This document shows positions 12,286 to 21,445 of a stretch of 64,000 bases of DNA, one piece after another. Under the pieces are notes generated by a model. It saw nothing but the letters and a program-made list of their open reading frames with translations, was not told the DNA's origin and made no database searches. The stretch is from NCBI GenBank assembly GCA_964414795.1, contig CAYPWV010000001.1, positions 5,221-69,220 of the forward strand, in the 5' to 3' direction. Numbering within the stretch: the stretch's first letter is position 1; each line of letters begins with the position of its first letter. A program made the position numbers and the translations under genes. This stretch comes from an uncultured Gammaproteobacteria bacterium. GTDB lineage: Bacteria > Patescibacteriota > Patescibacteriia > UBA9934.

Positions 12286-12495
12286 AGTGTGAAGTTTGTA
12301 GTTGTTAGTTTGAAGTGAGTGGATGTTGTTTTTTATTGGAATGAAAGACAGCAGACGACAGATGGGGAAAGTAATCGGGGCTGTATTGTATTTAGGTGAG
12401 CAGATCATTTCTCTTATCCGTCGTCTGCTGTCTGTAGTCTGCTATCTCAAAAGAACTACCTTTCACTTCAAACTAACAACTACAAACTTCAAACC
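12286..12495. repeat. ~200-bp nested inverted-repeat element built from heptamers (copy 1)
   Basis: Outer arms GAAGTTTGTAGTTGTTAGTTTGAAGTGA / TCACTTCAAACTAACAACTACAAACTTC; inner arms GACAGCAGACGAC / GTCGTCTGCTGTC. Homologous to the copies at 20275 and 52310. Confidence 0.85.
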
Positions 12496-14114
12496 TTTCC
12501 CAAAGCTGCCTTCACAAATCCCACAAACAACGGATGCGGCGACAAAGGACGCGATTGAAACTCTGGATGAAATTGTACTCCTACAAAAAATGGATGATCT
12601 TTCAGCTCGACGATTTCCACTAACGTTCCGTCGGGAGAAATGCCCGAGATCACGAGACCCGCACGTTCTAGCTCGGTTTTATACGCGTTATTAAACTCGT
12701 ACCGATGGCGATGACGTTCTGAAATCTCATCACTTCCATACGCATTTCTCGCAACGCTTCCCTTCTTGAGATTGCACACATACGAACCTAAACGCAGTGT
12801 TCCTCCCAATCCTTTTCCTTTCAGCTTTTCATCTTGTCCGTGCATTAAATGAATAACGGGATGTGCGGTTTTTGGATTTATCTCCTCTGTATGCGCATCC
12901 TTCCATCCCAGCTCCGTACGTGCAAACGCAATCACTGCACACTGCATACCGTAACACAATCCCAAATACGGAATCTTATGCTTTCGCACAAAGGTGATCG
13001 CCGCAATCTTTCCCTCAATTCCTCGCGATCCAAATCCTCCGGGAATAAGGATACCGTCGTACTGCAATAATTCTTCGAGTGCTTTGGGATCTTTTTCGTA
13101 GGCTTCGGCGTTGAGCCATTCGATAACTGGTTTTGCGTTTTGCGCCCACGCCGCGTGCTTAATTGCCTCAAGCACCGAAAGATAGGCGTCGGACAACAGA
13201 AAATCTCCTGTTGAAAAATACTTTCCAATAACGCCGATACGCACCTCCTTTTTTGCAGAAATAATCGTGGTTACCATCTTTTTCCACGCAACAAGATCGG
13301 GAGCTTTTTTGCGTTTTCCAAAGGATTTTAACACCGTGTCCGCAAAACCTTGTTCCTCAAACACCAACGGCACCTCATAAATAGAACGCACATTCGGTGC
13401 GGCGATGATATGATCGGGCGTTACTCCGCAAAACCTACTCAACTTTTCTCTTCGCGGCGCATCAAGCGCAGTTTCCGATCGACACAGCAAAAAATCAGGC
13501 GCAATACCTACGCGATTCATTTCACGCACCGCATGTTGTGTGGGCTTTGTTTTCATTTCGCCAATAGAAGGAGGCACGGGAAGATAACTCACAAGCACAC
13601 TGCGCACCTGCTTCGGCGTATGCAATTGCATCATGCGAATGGCTTCCAAAAAAAGAATATTTTCATATTCTCCCACCGTTCCCCCGACCTCAATCAACGT
13701 AAAATCTGCCTTTGCCTCTTTTGCTGCTCGCTCAATGCGTGCAATCACCTCTTCAGGAACGCGAGGAACCACCTCAACACATTTCCCCCCATATTCACCT
13801 CGCCGTTCACGCTCAATAACCGATAAATAAATACGCCCCGTGGTCATGTAATTCTTTTTGGTGATGTTGATATCTAAAAATCGTTCGTAGTTTCCAATAT
13901 CTTGATCCGTCTCATCCCCATCTACCGTTACAAAAACTTCCCCATGCTCAACCGGGTTCATCGTTCCCGCGTCGACGTTTACGTACGGATCAATTTTGAT
14001 TGCCGTCACCGTATATCCTCGCGCGCGAAGTAAAAGCCCCAGCGATGCTGTTGACGTTCCCTTTCCCACGCCACTCATCACGCCACCGACTACGAAGATG
14101 TATTTGTGTTGCAT
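12489..14114 (-). CDS. pyrG: CTP synthase
   Basis: GGVMSGVGKG, KIDPY.NVDAGTMNP, GLCYGMQ, ERHRHRYE, QFHPEF. Confidence 0.99.
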   Translation of the reverse strand: MQHKYIFVVGGVMSGVGKGTSTASLGLLLRARGYTVTAIKIDPYVNVDAGTMNPVEHGEVFVTVDGDETDQDIGNYERFLDINITKKNYMTTGRIYLSVIERERRGEYGGKCVEVVPRVPEEVIARIERAAKEAKADFTLIEVGGTVGEYENILFLEAIRMMQLHTPKQVRSVLVSYLPVPPSIGEMKTKPTQHAVREMNRVGIAPDFLLCRSETALDAPRREKLSRFCGVTPDHIIAAPNVRSIYEVPLVFEEQGFADTVLKSFGKRKKAPDLVAWKKMVTTIISAKKEVRIGVIGKYFSTGDFLLSDAYLSVLEAIKHAAWAQNAKPVIEWLNAEAYEKDPKALEELLQYDGILIPGGFGSRGIEGKIAAITFVRKHKIPYLGLCYGMQCAVIAFARTELGWKDAHTEEINPKTAHPVIHLMHGQDEKLKGKGLGGTLRLGSYVCNLKKGSVARNAYGSDEISERHRHRYEFNNAYKTELERAGLVISGISPDGTLVEIVELKDHPFFVGVQFHPEFQSRPLSPHPLFVGFVKAALGKV

Positions 14115-14134
14115 AGGAAGAATTTTGGTATGTA

Positions 14135-15262
14135 TTATACGTTAATTTCCTTTCTCGATTTCGATACATTCAACACCACGCCCACGGCGGTCATGGCAAT
14201 AGCAAGGGCGGTGCCGCCATAGCTCACAAACGGCAGCGGAACACCGGTAATTGGCAAAAGCGCAACCATTGCCCCAATATTCACAAATGCCTGAATACCC
14301 AGCCACGCCATAACTCCCACCACCAAATACGTTCCAAACGTATCAGACGCACGCTCTGCAATAACCAAACCACGAAAGAGCATCGCAACATACAAAACAA
14401 CAAACGCCGATGTAAGCAAAAAGCCCAATTCTTCAGCCATCACCGCAAAAATACTATCTCCTGCAACTTCCGGAAGATACTGAAACTTCTGCAAACTATG
14501 CCCATATCCTCTTCCAAAAATCCCCCCCGAACCCACGGCAAGAAGTGCTTGGTTAATTTGATAACCAGCACCCAGCTTATCCAGTTCTGGATGGAGAAAA
14601 ACCGTTAAACGCTCGGCACGGTAGGGAGAAAAAACAAACAATAAAGAAAGCAATATCGCACCCGCTACGCCAAAAAACGCAAAATACTTTAATGGAGCGC
14701 CAGCAACAAAATACACCGCAAGCGCCATGATCACGATAATACCCATGCTCCCGGTATCAGGCTGCAAAAGAAGAAGCAACATTATCACTCCTAGTACCAC
14801 CAAAAAAGGCAGCAGTCCTTTCGCTGCATCGCGCACATTTTTTCCCATGGTTCCTTCAAGCCACGCCGCAAGGTAAATGAGAAACGTAAACTTTACGAGT
14901 TCAGAAGGCTGAAAAGAAAAAAGCCCTAACGAAACCCAGCTATGCGATCCTTTAATTTCTAATCCTAATCCCGGAACAAACACGATGACTAACAAAAAAA
15001 TGGATATCGCGAGCATGGGCAGTGCAAATTTTCTGTACGATTGATGAGGGATGAGATATGCAACCAAAAGACCTACCATTCCTGGAAGAACCCCGAAAAG
15101 AAATTGGTGAATAAGAAAGTAGTACCCATTTCCGTGAAAATCATCAAAGCTCTTTGGCCAAGAAGCTGACGCAAGCATCAATAGCCCAAACACCAATACT
15201 CCCGCAAACAATAAGGCAAATATCTTATCTCCTGCAAAAGGTATTCCTCCAAGTTTTTGCAT
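14135..15262 (-). CDS. ftsW: SEDS protein FtsW
   Basis: FQPSE, QPD.G, GYQ..Q...A.GSGG, LPE, GVPLPFVSYGG; follows mraY. Confidence 0.92.
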   Translation of the reverse strand: MQKLGGIPFAGDKIFALLFAGVLVFGLLMLASASWPKSFDDFHGNGYYFLIHQFLFGVLPGMVGLLVAYLIPHQSYRKFALPMLAISIFLLVIVFVPGLGLEIKGSHSWVSLGLFSFQPSELVKFTFLIYLAAWLEGTMGKNVRDAAKGLLPFLVVLGVIMLLLLLQPDTGSMGIIVIMALAVYFVAGAPLKYFAFFGVAGAILLSLLFVFSPYRAERLTVFLHPELDKLGAGYQINQALLAVGSGGIFGRGYGHSLQKFQYLPEVAGDSIFAVMAEELGFLLTSAFVVLYVAMLFRGLVIAERASDTFGTYLVVGVMAWLGIQAFVNIGAMVALLPITGVPLPFVSYGGTALAIAMTAVGVVLNVSKSRKEINV

Positions 15263-15268
15263 ACGCAA

Positions 15269-16327
15269 CTATCGTGTCAAAAAACCGTAATCAATAAAGG
15301 CGAGTGCAAGGCCCACTCCCGCACCCATCCATCCGAGCACCCAAAAACGCATCACTACTTTTGGCTCAGGCCAACCCTTTGCTTCAAAGTGATGATGAAT
15401 AGGGGCAATAAGAAATACTTTGCGCTTAAAAAGCTTTTTTGAACCTAACTGAATAAACGTCGTGAGCGCTTCTGCAACAAATACCACACCAATAATGGGT
15501 AACAAGAATGCAGAGTTCGTAAGCATCGCCACAACACCCAAGGTAACCCCCAAACTCATTGCACCGGTATCTCCCATAATAAAACGTGCAGGATAGATGT
15601 TAAACCACAAAAATGCCAAAATCGTCCCTACAATCACCGCACAAAACGCCGCCAAATCAAATCGCCCTTGCATAAGCGCAATAATGGCATACGCAGCAAA
15701 AGCCGTTGCAAGCGTTCCGCCCGCAAGTCCATCAAGTCCATCCGTTTGATTAACAGAGAATGCTGTTGCAACAATTACCGCCACAAAAAAAGGAACATAC
15801 AACCATCCCATTACTACATCTCCATACAGCGGAATATGCAGCGTATCCCAACCTAACTTTGTATAAAACCACCACGCACCAACGAGTGCAAGCACCGTAT
15901 AAATAACGAGACGATGCGAAATACGAATACCTCCTCCGTGAGGTCCAATTTTTAGTACATTGAAAATGTCATCAGCTACACCCACAAATCCAGCGATAAC
16001 GAGTGCCGCTAACGGTAACCATGTTTGAGAACGCGAAAAAAAGTTTAGCTCTGCTAATAAACTCTGTGGCGCTATCCAGGCAACTCCCGCAAATAAAAGT
16101 GCAATCACTGCGGTAGTTATCCACATAAGCAACCCTCCCATCGTTGGCACACCCGCTTTCTTTTTATGGAGCTCGGCAAACATAGGCGCAGTAACTGCAC
16201 TGCGAATGCTTTTGCCCATGCGGTATTTATACAGCAAGTGCGTTAAAAGAGGCGTCCAGGCAATTGCAAGAATAAAACCGAGCGTTGCAAGGATGAGCAG
16301 TTTTGAAAAAATGAAAGCATCAACCAT
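15269..16327 (-). CDS. mraY: Phospho-MurNAc-pentapeptide transferase
   Basis: PTMGG, DD, N.TDGLDGL, MGDTG, APIHHHFE. Confidence 0.97.
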   Translation of the reverse strand: MVDAFIFSKLLILATLGFILAIAWTPLLTHLLYKYRMGKSIRSAVTAPMFAELHKKKAGVPTMGGLLMWITTAVIALLFAGVAWIAPQSLLAELNFFSRSQTWLPLAALVIAGFVGVADDIFNVLKIGPHGGGIRISHRLVIYTVLALVGAWWFYTKLGWDTLHIPLYGDVVMGWLYVPFFVAVIVATAFSVNQTDGLDGLAGGTLATAFAAYAIIALMQGRFDLAAFCAVIVGTILAFLWFNIYPARFIMGDTGAMSLGVTLGVVAMLTNSAFLLPIIGVVFVAEALTTFIQLGSKKLFKRKVFLIAPIHHHFEAKGWPEPKVVMRFWVLGWMGAGVGLALAFIDYGFLTR

Positions 16328-16706
16328 ACGCAATGTTAATAAGCACAATTCTTACGAGCGCCATGAGCGCCAAAATACCCACAAACAACGTTACACTCCA
16401 CATTGCAAGTGCAAGCATCGTACGCTTTTTTAACACGGTTGCAGCTACAACTGCGTTGACGAGCGCAATGGCAAAAGAAACAATAGGAACTTCGAGTAGC
16501 TTCCACCACGGTCCAAACGCATCAATACCTACATAGATATTGTAATGCAACGGAACGCTGTCACGTCCATACACCAATGGAAGAATACGCCAACACAAAA
16601 GCGCTACACCCAATACCCAACATACCCCAAACACAAGCGTGGACACCTTCACCACGCCGGGAAGGAGCTCTTCTTCAAGGACGGATTGTTGTTTGATTTG
16701 GGCCAC
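16320..16706 (-). CDS. Small membrane protein (PLHYN..G.D motif, DUF1648-like)
   Basis: Three hydrophobic segments, VPLHYNIYVGID; in an operon with mraY. Confidence 0.6.
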   Translation of the reverse strand: MAQIKQQSVLEEELLPGVVKVSTLVFGVCWVLGVALLCWRILPLVYGRDSVPLHYNIYVGIDAFGPWWKLLEVPIVSFAIALVNAVVAATVLKKRTMLALAMWSVTLFVGILALMALVRIVLINIAYG

Positions 16707-16715
16707 AATGCTGCT

Positions 16716-16943
16716 CTATTGTACCGCACGAACGCTCCGCACTTCGGGTATTGCGCGCACAAGTGCCGCCTCAACCCCTTCTTTAAGCGTTATTCCGGAT
16801 AATCCACACCCTGCGCAGGTGCCTAGCAGGCGCACGACTACCTCCCCTGTTTCAGGCACACAAGACACCAGTTCAATGCCTCCCGCATGCAGTTTTAAGG
16901 CCACTTCTACGTTTTTTAATACCTCAAGCACCTGTTCTTTCAT
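16716..16943 (-). CDS. NifU C-terminal-domain protein
   Basis: L..H.GGIEL...V.L.G.CAGC..S..TLK.GVE. Confidence 0.88.
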   Translation of the reverse strand: MKEQVLEVLKNVEVALKLHAGGIELVSCVPETGEVVVRLLGTCAGCGLSGITLKEGVEAALVRAIPEVRSVRAVQ

Positions 16944-16959
16944 AAGAGGAGATCGATTA

Positions 16960-17047
16960 AGTAGGCTAGAGGGCTAGTTGTGCTAGGCTGGCTCTATTAT
17001 AAGACTACTTCGTTTATTACCTAGCCCCACTAGCCTACTAGCCCAAC
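16960..17047. repeat. Imperfect inverted repeat of GCTAG units
   Basis: GTAGGCTAGAGGGCTAG...CTAGCCCCACTAGCCTACTAGCCC. Confidence 0.55.
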
Positions 17048-17154
17048 TCATTCCTTCCCCACCATTCTACCCCCTTCCCTTGACCTCTACAATCCTTTTC
17101 TGGTATTCTTTTCCACGTTTCCAGCGTAAAGCTGGCCAAATTCTTTCTCTTCAT

Positions 17155-17427
17155 ATGGCACATAAACTAGCCCAGGGTTCTACACGCAACGGCCGCGATT
17201 CGCAGGCCAAGCGTCTCGGCGTAAAGCGCTCAGACGGCACCACGGTCACCACCGGCCAAATTATTGTTCGTCAGCGTGGCACCAAAATCCACCCCGGCAA
17301 AAACGTTGGTGTAGGAACCGATTACACGCTCTTTGCACTTAAAGATGGTGTTATCAGCTTTAAAAAGCGCAAGTCTCCCAACTTCGTTGGCGCCCTCAAG
17401 CTCCGCACCTACGTTTCCGTAACCTAA
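17155..17427 (+). CDS. rpmA: 50S ribosomal protein L27
   Basis: [31 protein letters not shown]. Confidence 0.98.
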   Translation: MAHKLAQGSTRNGRDSQAKRLGVKRSDGTTVTTGQIIVRQRGTKIHPGKNVGVGTDYTLFALKDGVISFKKRKSPNFVGALKLRTYVSVT

Positions 17428-17458
17428 GAAAAAAGAGATCCGCAAGGGTCTCTTTTTG
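17428..17458. terminator. Intrinsic terminator after rpmA (bidirectional shape)
   Basis: AAAAAAGAGATCC-GCAA-GGGTCTCTTTTTT. Confidence 0.85.
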
Positions 17459-17603
17459 GTTCATGTGGTTAAAATGGTTAAAGTGTTCTGTTCTCGATGC
17501 TCACAGAAACTATTTAACCATTTTGACCAACTTAACCTCCCTTCAAAAACAATAGGCCGCCCACGGTGGACGGTCCTGAACGAAAACGAAGATCAAGAAA
17601 GAA

Positions 17604-17723
17604 CTACCCGGCTGCATCCCCATGATACCAGTAGTATTGAATATTGCCCCTTGAGTCTCTACAGGGCGTATAATCCTCCGTCGACCACTTCTTTGGCATT
17701 TCCCAGGGCATGACTATATCCAT
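17604..17723 (-). CDS. Putative 39-aa peptide (cassette 1)
   Basis: Hand translation MDIVMPWEMPKKWSTEDYTPCRDSRGNIQYYWYHGDAAG*. GGGAG RBS, promoter and terminator are shared with the neighbouring cassette. Confidence 0.55.
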   Translation of the reverse strand: MDIVMPWEMPKKWSTEDYTPCRDSRGNIQYYWYHGDAAG

Positions 17724-17865
17724 GAAACACTCCCACTTGTTAGAGGCGATAAAAAAATACCAAAATATTCAATAAAAAGCAATTTAATCATCTTAACCGC
17801 TTAACCCTTCTCCCAAAAAAACAAGAGGCCGCCCACGGTGGACGGCCCCGGAGAACGGAAACTCG

Positions 17866-18069
17866 CTATCCAAGCTCCGGAACAGCAGGTATATAGAGAC
17901 CAATGCGCTGCTCATACCGCAGGCGCTGCCACCATCCCGGATCTTCGTCATCTATCGTTCCCCTATAGGGGTTCTTGGCGACGACTACCATTTCCCCTCC
18001 TTCCGGCGTGGGAACCTCTTCTTCCTTCGCCGTTTCTTTCCCATTCGCCGAGCCATTTGAAGTCGCCAT
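17866..18069 (-). CDS. Putative 67-aa acidic small protein (cassette 2)
   Basis: ATG at 18069 after GTGGGAG; MATSNGSANGKE...WWQRLRYEQRIGLYIPAVPELG*. Confidence 0.6.
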   Translation of the reverse strand: MATSNGSANGKETAKEEEVPTPEGGEMVVVAKNPYRGTIDDEDPGWWQRLRYEQRIGLYIPAVPELG

Positions 18070-18128
18070 GATCGCTCCCACTTGTTAGAGACAACAAAAA
18101 AATACCAAAATATCAAGAAAAGAACAAA

Positions 18129-18557
18129 TTATCCCTGCAATGCTTCAGCGATAACGGTAATCGTTGCTTCAAAACCGGTGGAGAATTCAATAACAACCTC
18201 GTGCGTGCTAGGTTCGGTGATGGGAACCATTTTTATAACGTCAAAACCTACGGTGTGACCCATTTCTTTAAGTGCGGCGCGAACATCTTTGTAGGAAATG
18301 GGTTTGGCAAATTTTCCATTTTTCATCTTGCCGGCAACGATAACTTCAAGGCCGTCGAGTTCTCCTGCAAGCTGTTCATCTTCTCGTTCTTCTTTACTTG
18401 TTTTTTGAGGAGCCTCTTCTTCCTTGGGTGCACCACCTGCATGTTCAAATGCCAAATGCTGCGGAAATAAAAAATTTACCGCGTAACCTTCCGGAACTTC
18501 CACGGTCGCGCCCGCCGGACCGATGGAGCTGACATCTTCGGTAAGGGTAATCCACAT
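18129..18557 (-). CDS. rplI: Divergent 50S ribosomal protein L9
   Basis: N-terminal L..DV...G..G..VEV..GYA.NFLFP..LA and an L9-like C-terminal domain. Confidence 0.8.
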   Translation of the reverse strand: MWITLTEDVSSIGPAGATVEVPEGYAVNFLFPQHLAFEHAGGAPKEEEAPQKTSKEEREDEQLAGELDGLEVIVAGKMKNGKFAKPISYKDVRAALKEMGHTVGFDVIKMVPITEPSTHEVVIEFSTGFEATITVIAEALQG

Positions 18558-19036
18558 AAGCGTAAAGCTTTCTTTATTATACCAACCATATCGCGATAGC
18601 TTGAACGCGTAAGCAGTTCATCGGCAGGAACCCATGCTACGCCTCTGATGGTTTCGCCTTGTTCTTGGGGTTTTGGTGGTCGAATGGTGGCTTCAGGTGG
18701 CGCTTCGAACAAAAAGTAATAAATGTACTTGTGGATAAGCAATCCTTTATGCACAAAACGATCGCGAAACCAAATGTCGATGTTATCGAGTTTGGCAATA
18801 TATTTTAAATTTCCCAGCGCCATCTCTTCTTTAATTTCACGAATGGCTGTTTGCCGATAACGTTCACCGGGGCGAACATGGCCCTTGGGAAACGCCCACT
18901 TGCCGTACGAGTCGATAACCATTGCAAATTGCAAACCTTCTTTTGTTCTGCGAAAAACAAGACCTCCCGCGGAGACCTCGTTTTTATGACGCTCAGACTC
19001 TCCTTCACTTCGTCGTGAAGAAACTGATCGCCGCAT
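18476..19036 (-). CDS. NUDIX hydrolase
   Basis: SAGG, W.FPKGH...GE....A.RE..EE Nudix box. Start uncertain. Confidence 0.88.
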   Translation of the reverse strand: MRRSVSSRRSEGESERHKNEVSAGGLVFRRTKEGLQFAMVIDSYGKWAFPKGHVRPGERYRQTAIREIKEEMALGNLKYIAKLDNIDIWFRDRFVHKGLLIHKYIYYFLFEAPPEATIRPPKPQEQGETIRGVAWVPADELLTRSSYRDMVGIIKKALRLCGLPLPKMSAPSVRRARPWKFRKVTR

Positions 19037-20246
19037 CGAGTTGGGGATCGAGGTTTGCATGATAATCGTCAAGAGTACGAGTTACTACCTGATCGGGCGT
19101 AATACCTGCCTTATCAATAGAACGACCTTGCGGCGTGAGCCAACGTGCAACCGTAATTTTTACCGCACTGCCATCGGGTAAATCTTGATATTCTTGCACA
19201 CTGCCTTTTCCAAAGGTTTGTTCGCCAATAAGTGTGGCGAGACCGTAATCTTGGAGTGCCCCTGAAAAGATTTCAGACGCAGAAGCGCTTCCACCGTTGA
19301 CGAGTACCACCGTTGGCGTATTTGCAAAACGTGCATCACCATCACCCGGAAAAGCCGTACGATCTCCCCGAATTTCTTCTTGCACAACGGTTTGATTTCC
19401 CGTCCAGTATCCCGAAAGCGCAATTGCCGCATCAAGATATCCTCCAGGATTGTTCCGGAGATCCACGATAATACCTTTGACGTGCGCGTTTTGCAGCGTG
19501 TCTGCCGCTTCTGCAAAACCTGCAATTGTATCGTCACCAAAAACACTTACCGAAACAACACCAATGCCATCAGGGCGAATGGTTGTTTTTACACTGTGGT
19601 TTTTAATTTCGTCACGTGTGATGGTAACTGTGCGCGAATCTGCATCTTCTGTTCCAAAAAGCACCAAGGTAACATTGGTTCCTTTTTCTCCCCGAATTTT
19701 TCCTACCGCTTCAGAAACGGTCATGCCTGCCGTATCCACGCCGTCAATCGACAAAATAACATCACCTGCACGAACGCCCGCATTTTCTGCGGGAGTATCC
19801 GCAATGGGTGCAACAACAACCAAACTTCCTTCATCATTTAGCCCAAGCTCTGCACCAATGCCAAAGAATGTTCCCGAAAGTTCTTCGGAAAAATCTTCCG
19901 CCATCTCGGGCGTGAAGTACGTTGAGTACGGATCCTTTAATCCGTAAAGTAAGCCCTGTAATGCGCCTTCAAATAAATCTTCGTCGGAAACAGGCTGATC
20001 GACATATTTTTCTCGTACTAATGCCCAAACTTGCCAAAATAACGTGAAGTCAACATCTTGTGCAATATCTGCGGGAACGGTTACCGTGGTGCCAAAAATT
20101 TCTTCTGCCTGAGTATCATAAAAAAGCTCAGGTCCCTTTCCATAGACGTATCCCCCAAAAAACAATGCACCTGCGGCGCCTACACAAAGAAAGATTTTTA
20201 CCGGCATCCACAGTGTCCGCCACGGTGTGTGGGGGTTTGTAGACAT
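19005..20246 (-). CDS. ctpA: S41 C-terminal processing protease (PDZ)
   Basis: DPYS, GIG, PDZ, DLRNNPGG, SASASEI, TFGKGSVQ. Confidence 0.93.
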   Translation of the reverse strand: MSTNPHTPWRTLWMPVKIFLCVGAAGALFFGGYVYGKGPELFYDTQAEEIFGTTVTVPADIAQDVDFTLFWQVWALVREKYVDQPVSDEDLFEGALQGLLYGLKDPYSTYFTPEMAEDFSEELSGTFFGIGAELGLNDEGSLVVVAPIADTPAENAGVRAGDVILSIDGVDTAGMTVSEAVGKIRGEKGTNVTLVLFGTEDADSRTVTITRDEIKNHSVKTTIRPDGIGVVSVSVFGDDTIAGFAEAADTLQNAHVKGIIVDLRNNPGGYLDAAIALSGYWTGNQTVVQEEIRGDRTAFPGDGDARFANTPTVVLVNGGSASASEIFSGALQDYGLATLIGEQTFGKGSVQEYQDLPDGSAVKITVARWLTPQGRSIDKAGITPDQVVTRTLDDYHANLDPQLDAAISFFTTK

Positions 20247-20274
20247 ATAGGAAGAGTGTATCATGGGAAGGAAA

Positions 20275-20466
20275 AGTTAGGAAGTTATTAGTTAGAAGCT
20301 TGAAGTGAAAGGTAGTTCCTTCGGGATAACAGACTACAGACAGCAAACGACAGATAAGAAATACCTGATTCTGATCACTTTCCCCATCTGCCGTCTGTAG
20401 TCTGCCGTCCTCACAAACAAAAACACCCTCCACTCACTTCAAACTACCGACTACAAACTTCAAACC
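20275..20466. repeat. ~200-bp nested heptamer inverted-repeat element (copy 2, inverted)
   Basis: Its reverse complement aligns by eye with 12286-12495 and 52310-52507. Confidence 0.85.
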
Positions 20467-20476
20467 CTTCCCTCCT

Positions 20477-21445
20477 ATGCTTCCCTACGCCATTCGCAAA
20501 GCTCTGTTCTTTCTTTTTGTAGGTATCTTCTTTGTTTCCGCACCTCTTGTGGTGCTGTATACGGCGGGATACCGATTCAATCGAGGAAATAACACGGTTT
20601 CACAAACGGGTACGCTCGCCATTGCAAGTACGCCAAAAGGAGCGGATATCGTCATCAACAATGAAATGCTTAACGACACCACACCAGCTGTTTTACAACG
20701 TCTTTCTCTGGGAACGCGCACTGTTCACATAGAGAAAGAGGGCTACCATACGTGGGAACGTACGGCGAATGTACAAAGCGGCGCAACAACGTATATCACC
20801 GCACCTCTTTTTCTTGATGAACTTCCCGTTCTTTTAGCACAGGGCGGAACGGATTGGGAACGCGCACAAACGGCGCACGCCGCAAAAATCACCGAACTTC
20901 CCGATACTATTCTCTTTACACCTTCATCCGCAGGCATTGAGGTGTATAAAACATCCCTTACCGGATCCACGTTCATCACCCTCCTTCAAAAGGATACCTA
21001 CACTCCCCTTGCAGCCGATCGCGAAAATCTTTTTGTAAAAAATAGTAAAGGCGAACTCTTTTTTATTGCACTCAGTTCGTCGCAAGCTGCGCAATCGCTG
21101 GGAAAAGATGCGGTTGCTTTTGCATGGGATGCGCACGAGCAGCTCTTTGCCTGGAGCGATGGCCTTGAGGTACATCTTTTTCATCCTGCTACTCGCATGC
21201 AAGAACTCATCACCCGTCAAAGCGATGCAATTACTGCGCTGACATTTGCGCATAGCGGCGAAAGCATTGTTCTTGCGTCCATCATGGGTCTTACGGGTAT
21301 TGATTTGCTTGCCTATACCGATGGACGCATGCAAACATCTCTCCTTTCGTTTGATGAACCAACAACGGTATGGTTTTCTGAAGACGGAAGCATTGCTTAT
21401 CTTGAAACGGCACAAAATCTTTCCTCGCTTGCAATCACGCCGTAA
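20477..21445 (+). CDS. PEGA-domain membrane-anchored protein
   Basis: TM plus Y.AGYR, TG.L.I.STP.GA.I..N....TP PEGA motif, beta-rich C-terminus. Confidence 0.8.
   Translation: MLPYAIRKALFFLFVGIFFVSAPLVVLYTAGYRFNRGNNTVSQTGTLAIASTPKGADIVINNEMLNDTTPAVLQRLSLGTRTVHIEKEGYHTWERTANVQSGATTYITAPLFLDELPVLLAQGGTDWERAQTAHAAKITELPDTILFTPSSAGIEVYKTSLTGSTFITLLQKDTYTPLAADRENLFVKNSKGELFFIALSSSQAAQSLGKDAVAFAWDAHEQLFAWSDGLEVHLFHPATRMQELITRQSDAITALTFAHSGESIVLASIMGLTGIDLLAYTDGRMQTSLLSFDEPTTVWFSEDGSIAYLETAQNLSSLAITP

Noticed and set aside
12286-12495. CRISPR array from the short repeats
   Set aside because: Units are degenerate 7-mers in inverted arrangement without unique spacers, and no cas genes are present.
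17080-17154. N-terminal extension on L27, as in Prp-cleaved Firmicute L27
   Set aside because: The extension starts at the TTG of a probable -35 box (TTGACC); ATG-AHK at 17155 is the canonical start.
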